The notes under the pieces were generated by a model. It was not told the DNA's origin and searched no databases. It worked only from the letters and a program-made list of their open reading frames with translations. A stretch of DNA of 64,000 nucleotides, taken from positions 92,814,001 to 92,878,000 of the forward strand of contig NC_058370.1 of assembly GCF_018350175.1 (NCBI RefSeq), in the 5' to 3' direction. Below are positions 12,380-25,434 of the stretch, piece after piece. The stretch comes from Felis catus. Its lineage: Eukaryota. Numbering within the stretch: position 1 is the stretch's first letter; every line of letters begins with the position of its first letter. A program made the translations under genes and the position numbers.

Positions 12380-12846
12380 TGAGAGCTACAGAAGGGGATT
12401 TGAAGTTTCCGTATCTTTTCTTGACTTTCAGACTTTAAAACCCGAATTACTTAAGCTGCTAATACAGTGCAAACAATCAGCATATATCTGGTGCATTGAA
12501 TTTTCTTCACCAGCTAATATGGAATTCAATTTTGTCTTCCACAGCACATCACTTAAAGTTTCCATAGTTGTATCCATTTTTCATTTGTCTCAGGGTCTCA
12601 AATAAGAAAGCACTTTGAACAATTATATAATATAGATTCCAAACTTTTATAAAGCTGCTTCAAAATGCCATTTTCAGATGGTTTCTATTGTACCTTAAAA
12701 CTAAGTTGTTACAGTTTAAAAGTGTACAAGGGCAGTCTGACAGTTCTATATACTATGGAAAGAACTCAATGGACGATGATAATGGCTTCTTTCGGCCAGG
12801 AAACTGTACAATAGATCGTTCTTCTTTACACATTACTGAAGGTAGA
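12380..12846 (-). pseudogene. Exon-like segment of the candidate RGS-domain gene
   Basis: Acceptor atatttttcag at 12847, phase-2 start. Reads LPSVMCKEERSIVQFPGRKKPLSSSIEFFP* (stop at 12753-12755), then YIELSDCPCTLLNCNNLVL..., KVWNLYYIIVQS and, frameshifted, DPETNEKWIQ (cf. RGS VNIDxETRE). Confidence 0.45.
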
Positions 12847-13559
12847 CTGAAAAATATAGCCTACGTGATTTTTTTTTGGTTTCTGAGCCTCATTTAACTT
12901 GATGAATTGACAAAAGCCTCAGACAGTAGCTGAGATGGAGAAAGACTGGGAAAGTGTGTCCATAGGTGGAAAAGCATGACCCTGAATCAAACTGTGAACG
13001 AGACTGCGGGGGCAGCTGAGGCACAGGAGAATTTGGGAGCAATTTCCTCTTTAGGACTGAGCATACAGTCTATCTTCTCCTCAGTCTTAAAGGATTTCTA
13101 GGAGAAATACCATGAAGGGAATTGTATGTTTTTTCCCATAACACAGATGCTAACATTTCAAATTTCAAGGGCTATCATAAATGATAGGTTGGGAGAGAAT
13201 GTGACAAGTCTAGTACACAGATATGCTAACGGAGAGAGCATGGTTATGTTCTCAGTCTTGCTGCTTGTATCAATGGCATGTGAGAGGTGGGGGGATCAGT
13301 GGAAAAACCTGTAACTTCACATTGTCTTAGGGGTCAGAAGTCTGCAAAGGGGCAGCATTGCCTGTTTGTAAAATGAGAGAAATTGGAAGGCATCAATTTC
13401 CTGTCCCATCATTGTGTGTTTGGTGGGACATGGACCAAAGAGAGGTGCTTATCTTGGGTTGTCCTGGAAATTTGCTGATCTTAAAAGTTTTCATGGAACA
13501 ATTAAGGTTTATCTGGCCATTCCTTCATCTTCTCTTTGGTTTTGTCCATAGCCATTATT

Positions 13560-13800
13560 TGGGCTCCGCTCTCTGTCTCAGGAAGCTTCCAGTAATTTAT
13601 TCCTGAAATTAACCTATGCCCCTCCATGGTTGCAGTGGAGGAACGTTTTACATGGGACTCCCCTTATTCTTCTTCACTAGGAATCTCTTTGTCCTTGAGA
13701 AAGCACTACCCCCCTTTGATATATTGTTCTAAGAGGAAATCACCTATGACTTCATTATTCAGAGGAAAATTATATATATATAAATATATATGCAGAATTA

Positions 13801-13835
<35 letters not shown>

Positions 13836-14030
13836 GCAGTGTATTCAAGCTAAGTAATAAATGTTATCTTGCCTTTCTTTCTGAGGCTGTAGGCTTAGCC
13901 CCATCAAAGCGCTGACCTATTGGGGTGTGGTAGGGATTGCCTTAGTGGCTGCTTCAGGGAAGCCTATACCCACCCTCCTTGAAATCTACATTCAAAGGAG
14001 TTAGGCAAGAGAGATAAGACACCTCTTCAC
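13560..14030 (+). mobile_element. Probable ancient ERVL-type LTR with an internal (TA)n
   Basis: gtaataaatgttatcttgcc poly(A)-signal region followed by a U5-like segment; family unresolved. Confidence 0.4.
13771..13835. repeat. (TA)n microsatellite
   Basis: Directly visible. Confidence 0.95.
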
Positions 14031-14687
14031 CAGCCTGCCTTGGACTCATGTTGTGGATTCCTATTTTTCTGTTTTTGGATCACACTTTTTCCTTGAATAA
14101 TTGGCAGAGAATCTGGAATGATTCACATATGCACCAGAGAGCCAGGCCCCTACTCCCCAGGAATGTGAGGTACCCTGTTGCTTAAATAAGACAACCTTAT
14201 TAGAATGCAGTACAACATTCCTAAACCAAGTATATATATGTGATAGGGGGTTTACTGGGTGGGGAGTATCACTGTGGGTCAAACATTCCCTTCCTATGTA
14301 TGCGAGAATTTCTCATTATTACTTCTTTGGAGACAAGAGATGAAAATAGAATCAATGAATAACCAAAAAACATGTCATCATCCTTGAGCTTTCTCTTAGC
14401 CATCTCTTTCCATCTCCGCTAACTACAAAATCAACTCCTCCACACCCAACAGATGTCATGTAATGTGCTCTAAAAATTGAAACTCAGTGTGAGATAGATT
14501 GAAGAATTGAGGGTTTTCTATAGTGCCTCATATGCCTTTGTCCTGGCAACTATTTCTCCTACTATCTCTTGTACATGACCTCAGCTCCTAATGGCTACTT
14601 CGCACTCTTGACAAAAACCATACTGCATAAACAAGAGTTATCTGCACAAATAATTCCTTCCTTTTTAAAAATTTAAAATTTTTTTAT

Positions 14688-15012
14688 AAGAAAGGCAAAC
14701 TGCTACATGCAGCACTCATTTGGATATGTCTGTAGTCTTGGAAGCTTGACTACCCTATATTCTCCTACAAAAATGTACCTTGAGAGTCTGTTTGGAGGTT
14801 CCAGCAGGGAAGCTCTGCTACTCATATCCCCTTGACAAAAGAATAATTCTCTATCAGGAAGGTCGTCCTCTTCCACAGAGCACACAGCTTCAGGAGGGAT
14901 GCACATGAAGCGATGAGGGAGGGAGGGGACACCTGCTTAGTCAGCCACATCAGCCAAGTCAACCCTGGTGATCAATAGGGTGACAGATGTCACAGCCAGA
15001 TCGTCCTCACAT
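14688..15012 (-). pseudogene. RN7SK: Full-length 7SK snRNA processed pseudogene
   Basis: The reverse complement follows 7SK end to end: 5' ATGTGAGGACGATCTGGCTGTGACATCTGTCACCC, internal GAAGAGGACGACC and GAACCTCCAAAC, 3' GGGTAGTCAAGCTTCCAAGAC...GCAGTTTGCCTTTCTT. A-rich tail at 14662-14687. Degenerate TSD taattccttcctttt / tgattccatcctttt. CpG decay throughout. Confidence 0.93.
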
Positions 15013-15639
15013 GTGATTCCATCCTTTTCAAGAATCACCCTTAACTAACTATTCCTGAAATCAGCCAAACTGCCACTCACCCTGCCTGCTTAACCCTCCT
15101 TAAATCATTCCACCCTCCTGCACAAGGTCAGAGTGCTCCTTTGGTGATTTCTCAGGCCTGGTGTCTTCAAATAAAAGGTTATGTTAAAGATACTTGATGG
15201 ACTTTCTTCCATACAACATATAAAATATGGTTTAATATTTTACTTCCTTAGAATCAAATCATTATGACTTTGTAGATTTTGAGTGCCCCACTCTGTGTTC
15301 TTCTGAGGTATTTATTGTGATTTGACTCATTTTCAAGTGTATATCTGGCCTCTTTTCAAATGTATATCTTAGTTTGCTTTTCAAATAACCCTTTAAAGTC
15401 TATTTGCTGGAACCCCAAAGCAACTCTGGGAAAGAGGGGAAGTTAGGGTTCTACCTGTGTATAAAACAAAGGCTGTGAAAATGGTGTGTTTCTAAGAGGT
15501 GTATGTAAGATGCCCAATATCTGGCGGAAGAGACTCATTTTATCCTGCATGCAGGTCCTCGGCAAATACCAAAAGCCATATTTCAAAATTCCTAGTATGT
15601 GAAACTTTTTCCCCATAATTACCACTGCTGACTTTGTCC

Positions 15640-16185
15640 CAGTTGAAACCACCATTAATTTGAGCTATAACTGTTGCCCACTAAGTGGTATCCCCGATTC
15701 CACACTAGCCCCCTACAATCTATTCGTTGCATAGCAGTCAGATTTTTCTTCCTAAACTCATACAACAGAATGTGTCACTCTACTGCTTAAACCCCCAAGG
15801 CTTCATACCACAGTGCACTTTGTGTTTCCTGGGAACAACGAGCTCATTTTTTCTATCACCCTTAATGCATCCTTGGTGTCCTTGCTCTCTCACGATTGGC
15901 TTCTTCTCTTCATCCAGGTCTCTACTTAAAAGGCCTTGTGAGGGGTGTCCCCAGGAACATCAAATGTAAATTCTACCTCTACCATATTAGTTCTCCTTAT
16001 TTATCTAGTTTATTTTCTGAAGTATGTATCAATATTTTATTTTATTCATTTTTACTTGTTTAATTTGCTATCTCATTCACACTAAGAATTTATGCTAAAT
16101 GGAGCCAAAAATTTGTCTGGTCTATAGTGGTAATCTCAGCGCCCAGACCAAACTTTGACATATGGTGGATACTCAGTTGAATTTT
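15640..16185 (+). mobile_element. L2 LINE fragment
   Basis: ctagccccctacaatctattc...cagcgcccagacc...atactcag. Confidence 0.65.
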
Positions 16186-16429
16186 TGTTTATTTTTAGTG
16201 TTTTGCCTAATCTTTAATTTTGCAGTAAGAACATATCCAATTTCTCTTCTCTCTAAGTCCCTTAGGCTGCAACTTCAGCTTTCTATGTACTATTTATATC
16301 CTTTTTTTGGCCATTGATAGAATTTTCATGTGTGTGTGTGTGTGTATTTATAATTAAACTTTTAATTTCATGGTAATTGTAGATTCAGTTAATTTTATTT
16401 GCATATTATTATTATCATCGTCATTATCA

Positions 16430-16672
16430 TTATTATTAACTGCTTATATAGAACTTCTCCTATGCTAGGAATTATTTTAAGAAATTTGTAAACATTAGAT
16501 CACTTACTAAAATCCTTGTGTGATTAGAGAGATACTATTATCCTTATTTTACACACAGAGGGAGGCACAAAGAGGAAAAGTAATGCTCATGTTCACACAG
16601 GTAGTAAACAGAAGAGCCAAGATTTAAACCCAAATCCATGCAGTCTGTCTCCAGAGTCCAAGCTCCAAACTG
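16430..16672 (-). mobile_element. MIR SINE
   Basis: Core tattatccttattttacacacagagggaggcacaaagagg...cagaagagccaagatttaaaccca. Confidence 0.8.
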
Positions 16673-17069
16673 AACAAATGGGTAAAAACCCAAAGATGAC
16701 ATACACTTAAAATATTTCCACATATATTTATTTCTTTTCAATCATGCTTTTCTGAGAATTTCTAGCTCTTAAACAAAAGGCATCCATTCCTTCAGGGGAA
16801 GAAAAATATGGCCTGGAATAAAAGCGTTACTGATCATTTTTGAATCTCTGACTTAACATTTTGGGAATAGAGGTAATTATAATAATTTTAAATGTAGGCC
16901 CTGCTGAGAAAAGTTTTTTTTTTCCCTAAATTCTCAAAGCTCATTTTTACAAAGATATCAAAGAGATGTTCAGTGAGCAATAACAAAAAATGGTTGGGGA
17001 CTATTACCTAAGAATATCTCCTTCCAAAATTTTGTAAAGCCTCTAGAAAATTTTATCTTGAGGGATGGG

Positions 17070-17817
17070 GGTAGAAGAAATAGATGAAAATCTTAACATT
17101 AGGGTCAAGGGCTGCTACCCTTAGCAAAGTCCCATATCTACATGTCATTCTGAGGTATAGAGAGGCAAGGGTTAGAGAAGTTGACTAGATTGCTGGGCTG
17201 GAGAACAGCCCCTCAGAGTCTGCAGGTACCAACATGATGCAGACAAATGAGCCGAGATATGCTGCACTTTTGAGTCCATGGAATACCTGAAGATAACCGG
17301 TAGATCAGAAAGTCTGGGATTATAATATAGGAGCTGTAAAGGTGGACTCCTTTACTGGGGTCTCTGAAGTGTGGCAACAAGACACCCATAAGAAATAGGT
17401 AGCCAACCTTCAGTGGACACCAGACCCTGATAGGGATTGAAGAGGCCGAAGCAGACCTAGACTCTGAAGACTGTTAGAAGTCCAGAGGACAGCAGTTGTA
17501 CCAAATGCATCTCTAGTCAAACGCATAAAAACTTTCTCTAAGGGACAGATTTAGGGAGGGTGAAGGGTAAGCTTGATAGGGAGAAAAATACTCCAATATG
17601 ATTTTAAACATAGACTGTTTTTACCTTCCAGTGACTTTCTATTAGGAAGAGGCTGAGTTAATAGGAAAGAACCGATTTTTAACCTGGGGGATCTGGGAGA
17701 CCTTGGAAGCCAAATGGAAACTTAAGGCAATTAGAGCTTTTTCTTACAAGAAATAAAGAGAAACATCGCTCTTTGTGCATACAAGATGTAGAGTGTGTAC
17801 ATTTGCAATTCTGTTAC
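17070..17817 (+). mobile_element. Ancient Gypsy-type LTR (MamGypLTR-like)
   Basis: 3' end aataaagagaaacatcgctctttgtgcatac...gtgtgtacatttgcaattctgttac. Confidence 0.6.
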
Positions 17818-18279
17818 CTAAGAGAAGACTAAGAACTCACAGAGGAGATGCAAGGAAAAGAGGAGGTGAACATCAAGGCTCCCTTGTGTATTATAATAAA
17901 AGAAACATTGAATGCCTTTAGACACAGTGCAAAGTATTACAGCAATTTAAAAAGATCAATATGAAGATAGCAGTCATGCATGTAAAATCTGCTGAGATAT
18001 ATTAGCTATGTGATCAAATTCCATTGCTGTGTGAAAGAATATATTTGGAAAGTAATGAAAGTCCATAAATAGAAATAGTCATTGCCACTATAGGAGGGCC
18101 AAGGAAAAATTGATACCAAGGTTTGAGAAAGTGTTGATCTGCCATAGTCCTTTCCCCATCTCATAAAATGGCAACATAAATAAATTGTACATTTGGCTGG
18201 CATATTAGTGAATATCTTTACAACTGAATCTCACCATTGAGGTCTTTCTTAAGGGGACAGAATAGAGCAAGGTATTTAC

Positions 18280-18426
18280 AGTGTTTTCGCAATGGGTCAG
18301 TGGAAAAGAAAGGCTGCATATCTTTTATTCTGCTTCAGAGAGAGTTCTATGAATAGCAAATTGGCTCTTTTCCTAATTACTCTCCTGGAATCAGCTGCTG
18401 AGTGCAACTCCATAACCTATACCATC
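18280..18426 (-). pseudogene. Candidate exon (147 nt, phase 2-2) with two in-frame stops
   Basis: Acceptor gtgtcttttgtag, donor gtaaat. Reads MV*VMELHSAADSRRVIRKRANLLFIELSLKQNKRYAAFLFH*PIAKT. Phases fit between the 27101 and 12846 segments. Confidence 0.35.
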
Positions 18427-18892
18427 CTACAAAAGACACGGCAGAGGTTAAGCGATTTTGTCCTACATCCAAGACAGCTTTCATATAGCTTCATTGTTCC
18501 TTCAATGAATTGAGTCATTCACTGAAAATACATACTTTAACTGTGTCCCCAGATATATTACCTAAGGTATTAATCTCTACCGCACCAAATTGAAATTGGA
18601 AGGAAAATGTAAACTGCACCGATGTGAACGATTATAGAATCTGGTAATTTGGCCAACCCCTTACTATGCGTGGCCAGAGGCATTGATGGAGAAGATAACA
18701 AAAAAACAAAACAAACTAACACCTCAAATGTAGTGTGGTATTAATGTAAATTAATGTCAGCTGGATGGCATTCTTTACACTAAGTCAAAATGATGAACAG
18801 AAAAGCCACTTGAATTAGAGGTGCACACATTCATGTTTATCGCAGCATACTAAGTGAAAGCTGATATATAAACCTCTAATCTTGTTTTATTT

Positions 18893-19111
18893 ATTTTTTT
18901 AAACAATTTTAATCTTTATTTTTGAGAGACAGAGAGATACAGAGCACAAGCAGGGGAGGAACAGAAAGAGAAGGAGACACAGAATCTGAAGCAGATTCCG
19001 GGCTCCGAGCTGTCAGCACAGAGCTTGACGCGGGGCTTGAACCTATGAACTGTGAGATCATGACCTGAGCTGGAGTCAGATGCTTAACCAACTGAGCCAC
19101 CCAGGCACCCC
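18893..19111 (-). mobile_element. SINEC_Fc
   Basis: Full body; TSD taatcttgttttattt. Confidence 0.93.
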
Positions 19112-21280
19112 ATAATCTTGTTTTATTTTATAATCCAATCGAATCTACATTATATTTTTCTTAAACTCAATCATTCCTAAGAGCAGAATCATGGAGATAT
19201 CATAGAAGATAGAAGTTAGATTCTTCAACATAATGTAGCTTCACTCAGAAGCTAGCGTAACTGTGGGCATTTTGAACTCACTACTGAAATGATATTGGTT
19301 AAGCTTTTTGAATAAGGTTGCTGTTGTTGTCCCTATAAAACAATGTAAGGGCTGAAGGATTAAAATCACTGAATGTTGGCAATGCAGTGCCTAACAGCTG
19401 TGTATTTGAATAACATCTGGGTACCAGACTAAACTCTTGTTTTTCTTGTTGAGGTGTGCTTGCCATATAGCTCATGTTTATATCACTCGTCAAATCATGT
19501 ACATTAACTCAGTCAATTTATTGCTTCTGCCTGGGACACAGTGATTTCCAAATGTACCATTTTTATAATTGTTTTCTAGGCCTGGAGGCATAGCAAGGCG
19601 TCGGCAATGCCTTTCTGGTAGCTTATTGCTTTCTCCTTGCAGGATTCACTGTTTCTGACTGGGTTAGCACTTTCTGTCTAACACTTTACTGTGTTGTACA
19701 GTATGCCAGGTCTCAAGCCACGTTGGAGCCAAGAAGGAAAAAAAAAAGAATGAAATGCAGCTAAACAGTTTTGCTGACATNNNNNNNNNNNNNNNNNNNN
19801 NNNNNNNNNNNNNNNNNNNNNNNNNNNNNNNNNNNNNNNNNNNNNNNNNNNNNNNNNNNNNNNNNNNNNNNNNNNNNNNNNNNNNNNNNNNNNNNNNNNN
19901 NNNNNNNNNNNNGCACTGAACCACTGAATGTTTTCGGCACAAGTAGAAAGCTGACACCATTCATAGACAACTCATGGGCCAACCCGAAGGAAAGATGTCA
20001 GATCCACTGAAAATCTTTCCTTGCAATTACTGTATGATTTCAACATTGAAGTCTATAAGAAATACTATTTTTCTCTGAAGTGTGTTGTGTGGCATCCTTT
20101 TCTTTACCCATCGAAGGTTTGTCCTCTCTCTTCCTTAGAACTTGAACATGCATTTTGGAAACCTGCTAGTGATTTTAAATTTCAAAACAGATAACAAACA
20201 TGATTCATGTACTATGACTCATCCCTCGTAAATGTTCTAATTGTATAAACTACATCCTTCAAAGCATCCTACAGACACATTAAATGTTAATAAACACATT
20301 TAAAAGTGCCAAGAGGCATGATTCCTTCGTACTCACTGACAAAACTGTAACCAGTTCTCTACTTTGTGTCTACAATTCAAAATAAAGCTACAAAGCTGGT
20401 GGGCCTTGAATTTTTAACCTTAGGCTTGAACCCACCAGCTCTAAAGTCACAGTAGCCATACCTAGAATATCAGTGGCAATCAACTTTACTTCCATATGCA
20501 TGGTTTTCTATAGTTTTTCCAGTTGTTTCTTCAAATAAATAAAATTAAAACTATTTATTGTATTTTTGTACACTTTGTAAATCAATAAAGTCGTTCCTTT
20601 TAACACCATGTAAGCTTCCATCTTGTAATAATTTGAGAAAGAAATTATCATTGTTCAAACCATCTAAAGGAAACCATGTCCAGTTACTATCTCCAATATT
20701 ATATCTTATTTTGCTCAAGATCCACTTTAAACACCCTAGTCATTCTTTTGGTTGGTTTACCATCTGTTTCCCCTCATAAACTCTAACTTCCATCAGAACA
20801 CCTTTTGTTACATGTTCAAATCTGTATCCTTCCCCCACCTAGGACCTAGGAGGGTAACTGATACTTAGGTGTTATTTAGAGAATATTTGTTGAATGAATT
20901 TGTTGAATGAATGACTAAATGAACCTACTGTTTAGAGTGAGGTTGGTCAACTGAAGTCTTATCCACAGGTGATTTTCTAAGTTGAGATTGATTGTATTTT
21001 GAGGCCATGGAAGAGAAAGCTACTTCACCATTCTCTCCATGTAAAAGCAACATTGAAACAGAATTGATCAGCTGAACATCAAATATCATTTTGGGGATTT
21101 TTGTCTAATATTAATAATCCATATAGGAGCCTGGGATATTAAAATTAATGACTTAGTTTTCTATGAGAGCATCAGAAGTATATGCATAGAGTATTATGAT
21201 CTAATAGAAATAGAATGAGACTCATGCATTAATTTAAAATTACTTGGCAGTCACATTAAAAAAAGTAAAAAAAAGAAAAA

Positions 21281-21615
21281 TGTTATGGACTTAATATGTC
21301 CGTCACCAAAATTCATATGTTGAAACCCTAATCTCCAATACATAGTATTGGGAGTTGGGGCATTGGGAGGTAACTATATTTAGAGGAGATCATAGGGTGG
21401 AATCTCCCTAGAGCTCTCTGTCTCTCCCCCATGTGAGTACACAACAAGATGTTGGCCCATCTGCAAACCAGGAAGAGGGCCCTCACTGGACAATGATTCT
21501 GCCAACACCTTGATCTTGAGCTTCCTAGCCTCCAGAAATGTGAGAAATAAATGCATGTTATTTTGGCTAACCAGTCTAAAGTGTTTTGTTATAGCAGATG
21601 GAATTGACTAAAACA
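21281..21615 (+). mobile_element. MaLR solo LTR (MLT1A-like) inserted in MER33
   Basis: tgttatggac...aaaattcatatgttgaaaccctaatc...cttgatcttgagcttcctagcctccagaa..gactaaaaca. Confidence 0.88.
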
Positions 21616-21800
21616 GAAATGATGGAATTAATAATATATTTTATCTAATGAGATATTTTCAAAATATGATTATAACATAACCATATAAAATATTACCAAT
21701 GAGATTACTTATATTCTCTCTTTTTTTTTTACATTAAGTCTTCAAACTCTAATGTGGATTTCATACTCCTCACATACCTCAATTCAGTCTAGTTACATTT

Positions 21801-21991
21801 ATTTTATTATTTTAATGTTTATTTATTTTTGAGAGAAAGAGAGAGCACAAGTAGGGGAGAGGGACAGAGGATCTGAAGTAGGCTCCATGCTGATATCAGA
21901 GAGCCCAGTGTGGGGCTCAAACTCACAAACCATGAGATTCTGACCCGAGCCGAAGTCGGAGGCTTAACCAACTGATACACCTAGGTGCCCC
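21801..21991 (-). mobile_element. SINEC_Fc inside MER33
   Basis: Full body; TSD ctagt(t/c)acattt. Confidence 0.92.
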
Positions 21992-22334
21992 AACTAGTCA
22001 CATTTAAATGCTCTGTAGTCACATGTACTAATGGCTATCATATGGGACAGAATAGGGTTAGAATAAGAGATTTACTTTTGGGGCTAGACCCTACCTAATT
22101 GTGGGAACTGATGAAGGAGTCTATGTTAGATTTAACTTCCATGTTTAATGTTGAGTTTGATGTCCCCAGAGGTCAGCCTGATTGGCAACCAGAATGGAAG
22201 CTTGTTTCTTTTTTTGTTGTTGTTGTTTTGTTTTTATTTTTGTTTTATTTATTTTTTTTTTGTGGACAAGAATGAAGTAAAAATGGGACACAAAGGACAA
22301 AGTATAACACATGTATGTTTCTCACCACCCCCAA

Positions 22335-22691
22335 CCTAGATGGAGGACAGGCTGGTGACTTTAACCATGGATCCACCCACTCATGTGATCCAAAAATCAG
22401 AGTTGCTGAAGGAAGAGAAGTGGTGGGAGGTGGAGAAGCTACGTGTTCAGCCACTGCCTCATACCTACGAGGTGCAATAACAGGTCAGTGAAAACATGAG
22501 CCAACTGCCACATTATTTGAAACACTGCATCAAACCTTACAGCATACAAGATGGCACTGCTTTACCACTGCCTATCAGATCTCATGCAAAATGTCTTTTG
22601 TGGGCAATGGAAACTCTGAACCATGTACAGAATGAATTCTGGGAAGTGTAGATCCAGCTTAACTAAACTGATACAGTATGAATGCACCACA
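22335..22691 (-). mobile_element. Old MaLR LTR (MLT1N/O-like)
   Basis: gaattctgggaagtgtagatccagcttaactaaactgatacagtatgaatgcaccaca terminus. Confidence 0.55.
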
Positions 22692-23608
22692 GGCAGGGAG
22701 GAAAGCTTACTCCAGTGTTTCCATGTCCTATCAAAATTAAAATTATTCTTTGGAAATATCATCTCAGTAGTAGTACAACACAGGGGTTTAAAACAGATGT
22801 TCTACAGAAACCTCCTATAGTGCAGAAAGTTTTACACTGAGAAATTAATGCCTACAGATTTTGTGTNNNNNNNNNNNNNNNNNNNNNNNNNNNNNNNNNN
22901 NNNNNNNNNNNNNNNNNNNNNNNNNNNNNNNNNNNNNNNNNNNNNNNNNNNNNNNNNNNNNNNNNNNNNNNNNNNNNNNNNNNNNNNNNNNNNNNNNNNN
23001 NNNNNNNNNNNNNNNNNNNNNNNNNNNNNNNNNNNNNNNNNNNNNNNNNNNNNNNNNNNNNNNNNNNNNNNNNNNNNNNNNNNNNNNNCTGAAACTGTAG
23101 ACACTGACACAAAATCATTTAACTGCAGAGATCCTAGGGAATATAAATAATCACCTACAGGCCCAGGCAGGACTGATCAGTGCTAATTGCACTTAAAGTC
23201 AACGTTCTAATGTAATTATTAAAGTAGAAGTATCATAGGCTTTTAGCACTAGAAATAGTTTTTCGAATTATCAGATTGAATTTCTAGATGAGGAACTGAG
23301 ACCCAGAAACATAAATTGAGTAAACCTCAAATCATTTGATTAGAGAGTAATTCAGCCAAAAGTAGGACTCTGTTTTCCAGAGATCTAATATACTATAACT
23401 GAAATAAAATGGAAAAGCAAATAAGGCTATTCAATCAAATAAGGATTGCTTTCCTGGTTAAGTCTAACTAACTCATCAAATATACATAATACGTATCTAT
23501 AATTACTACCCATGGTACTGTTAATGATTTACCTATATAACTGGTGCAGGACATTGTTAATAAGTGGTAAGCTCAAGATACATCTCATTAAGGAAAAAAA
23601 GGGATACT

Positions 23609-23818
23609 CTTTTTTATATATTTTTTAATGTTTTTATTATTTATTTTTGAGAGAGAGAGAGAGAGAGGCAGAGAGAGAGGGAGACACAGAATCCGAAGCA
23701 GGCTCCAGGCTCTGAGCTGTCCGCACAGAGCCCAATACCAGGCTTGAACTCACAAACCACAAGATCAGGATCTGAGCTAAAGTCTGACACTTAACCGACT
23801 GAGCCACTCGGGAGCCCC
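23609..23818 (-). mobile_element. SINEC_Fc
   Basis: Full body; TSD atactctt. Confidence 0.92.
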
Positions 23819-25434
23819 TCAGAAGGTATACTCTTAATTGTAACGTAATTAAGCAGAATATAGCATATATGGTTAAGGTTAGATAACCTTCTCCTCATTT
23901 TCCAGCATTCTCATTTTCTTTTCCTTTTACCTTCTTTTTTCTTTCAGCTTTCCCATTGAGAAAGAATATCACACAGGGGAAGAGGCGAAACTATTCAGAG
24001 CACATAAGATAGAAGCAGAGAGTGGGAGAAGGTGTGTGCCTTGATTCTAGTTTGTTCTTTCTGCTCCTATGAGTTGGCTGCAGATAACAGACGTGGTCTT
24101 GTCATATGTGTTGGCAAAGGCAGCAAGTGAGGAAGGTGCCTTCCATTCTCCCTCAGCTCCCAGGCATTTCAGAGGGGGTCTCCCTGTTGAGCAACCTTGC
24201 CTGTGAGGTCAGTACTGTGAGGAAAAAGTTGACTTAAAGTGAACATTGCCGGACAAACTGGAAGTCAAGTAGAAGTTCCAGCCAGACCTGAGAGTATCTG
24301 AAGCACTATTAAAAACTGAAGTAAGAATATCAGTATCAGTGGAAGCATAGACTGGCTCTTTCAAAACAACTGCTGAGGGCCTGTGCTGGGACAACAGAAT
24401 ATGAGTTACAGGAGCCCTTGGCTTCTCATCAGTGGTAACAGTAGGTAGGGGCTGACGTCAATGCCACCTCAAAGCCACTAGTGTTAATAATCTTCCCAAT
24501 AAATTTACATACTGTCTTAGACATAAAGGAAAGAAAAACTCTAGATGATGAAAGAAGTAGACACAGAATTTGAACTTTGAAATAGTTCTACATTTACCCC
24601 CAATGAGATCATGTTAATGATAAAGAGGTTGTTTTAAACTGGGAGGGTCTGTTGCCTTCAAGTGAGTGGGTTACTTAACTTCTCAGTGGCTTGGTTTCCT
24701 CTGAGTAAAATGAGAATCATCGCACCCATTTTCCAGGGAGTTTGATGGTAAGATTGGGTTTAGTGATGGAAAATAAACCTATTTTTTTTAATTTCCCCCA
24801 TGTGGGAATCAAAGTGAGTAAATTCTTAGCTTTGTGCTATGAGCATGATGAGGGAATATCATGAAAATGATAAAGCTTGATGGTGAGTGTGAATAGGAAC
24901 AGTTTTTTTTGTTGTTCCCCCTACAGGCTGTGGAATAATAAGGCGTGATGGAGAGAATTGATAGGAAGAGGTGTGTGAGGGTTAATAAGATTGAGAAGTC
25001 CAAATTAGGAAGAAGAAAAGAAAACTGGGGAAAAGCAGATGGTCAAAGGGTAGCCCAAGCGTGAACGCAAGTATGTTTAGAGTGAGCATGATATGGGTAC
25101 ACATTCTATTTATAAATTCAATATTAATTTATTAGAAAAAGAATAACTTCCCACTGAAACACTTCAAAATTACAGGACACAAATAAGACCATCCTGTTAT
25201 ATGCTATGAATCATTCTGTGCCCGTCTTCCACTAGAATTTTTACATAGTTAATAAACACTGTTCATATGATCCTTTTTTGATAACATTGCAGAAGAAGCA
25301 TTTATGGCATCTTATAAAAATTTTTATAAACATTACTTTTAATGACTATAAAAAATGCTTACATAATGCTTGATAAGATAGTTTTATTATAATTGACTTT
25401 TATTTCTTTCAAAGACCTTCATTATTTGCAAACC

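Larger units (their letters stand above)
21191..22055 (+). mobile_element. MER33 (hAT-Charlie) split by MLT1A and a SINE
   Basis: ctaatagaaatagaatgag...cacattaaaaaaagtaaaa / aataatatattttat...taagtcttcaaa...atggctatcatatgggacag. Confidence 0.82.
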
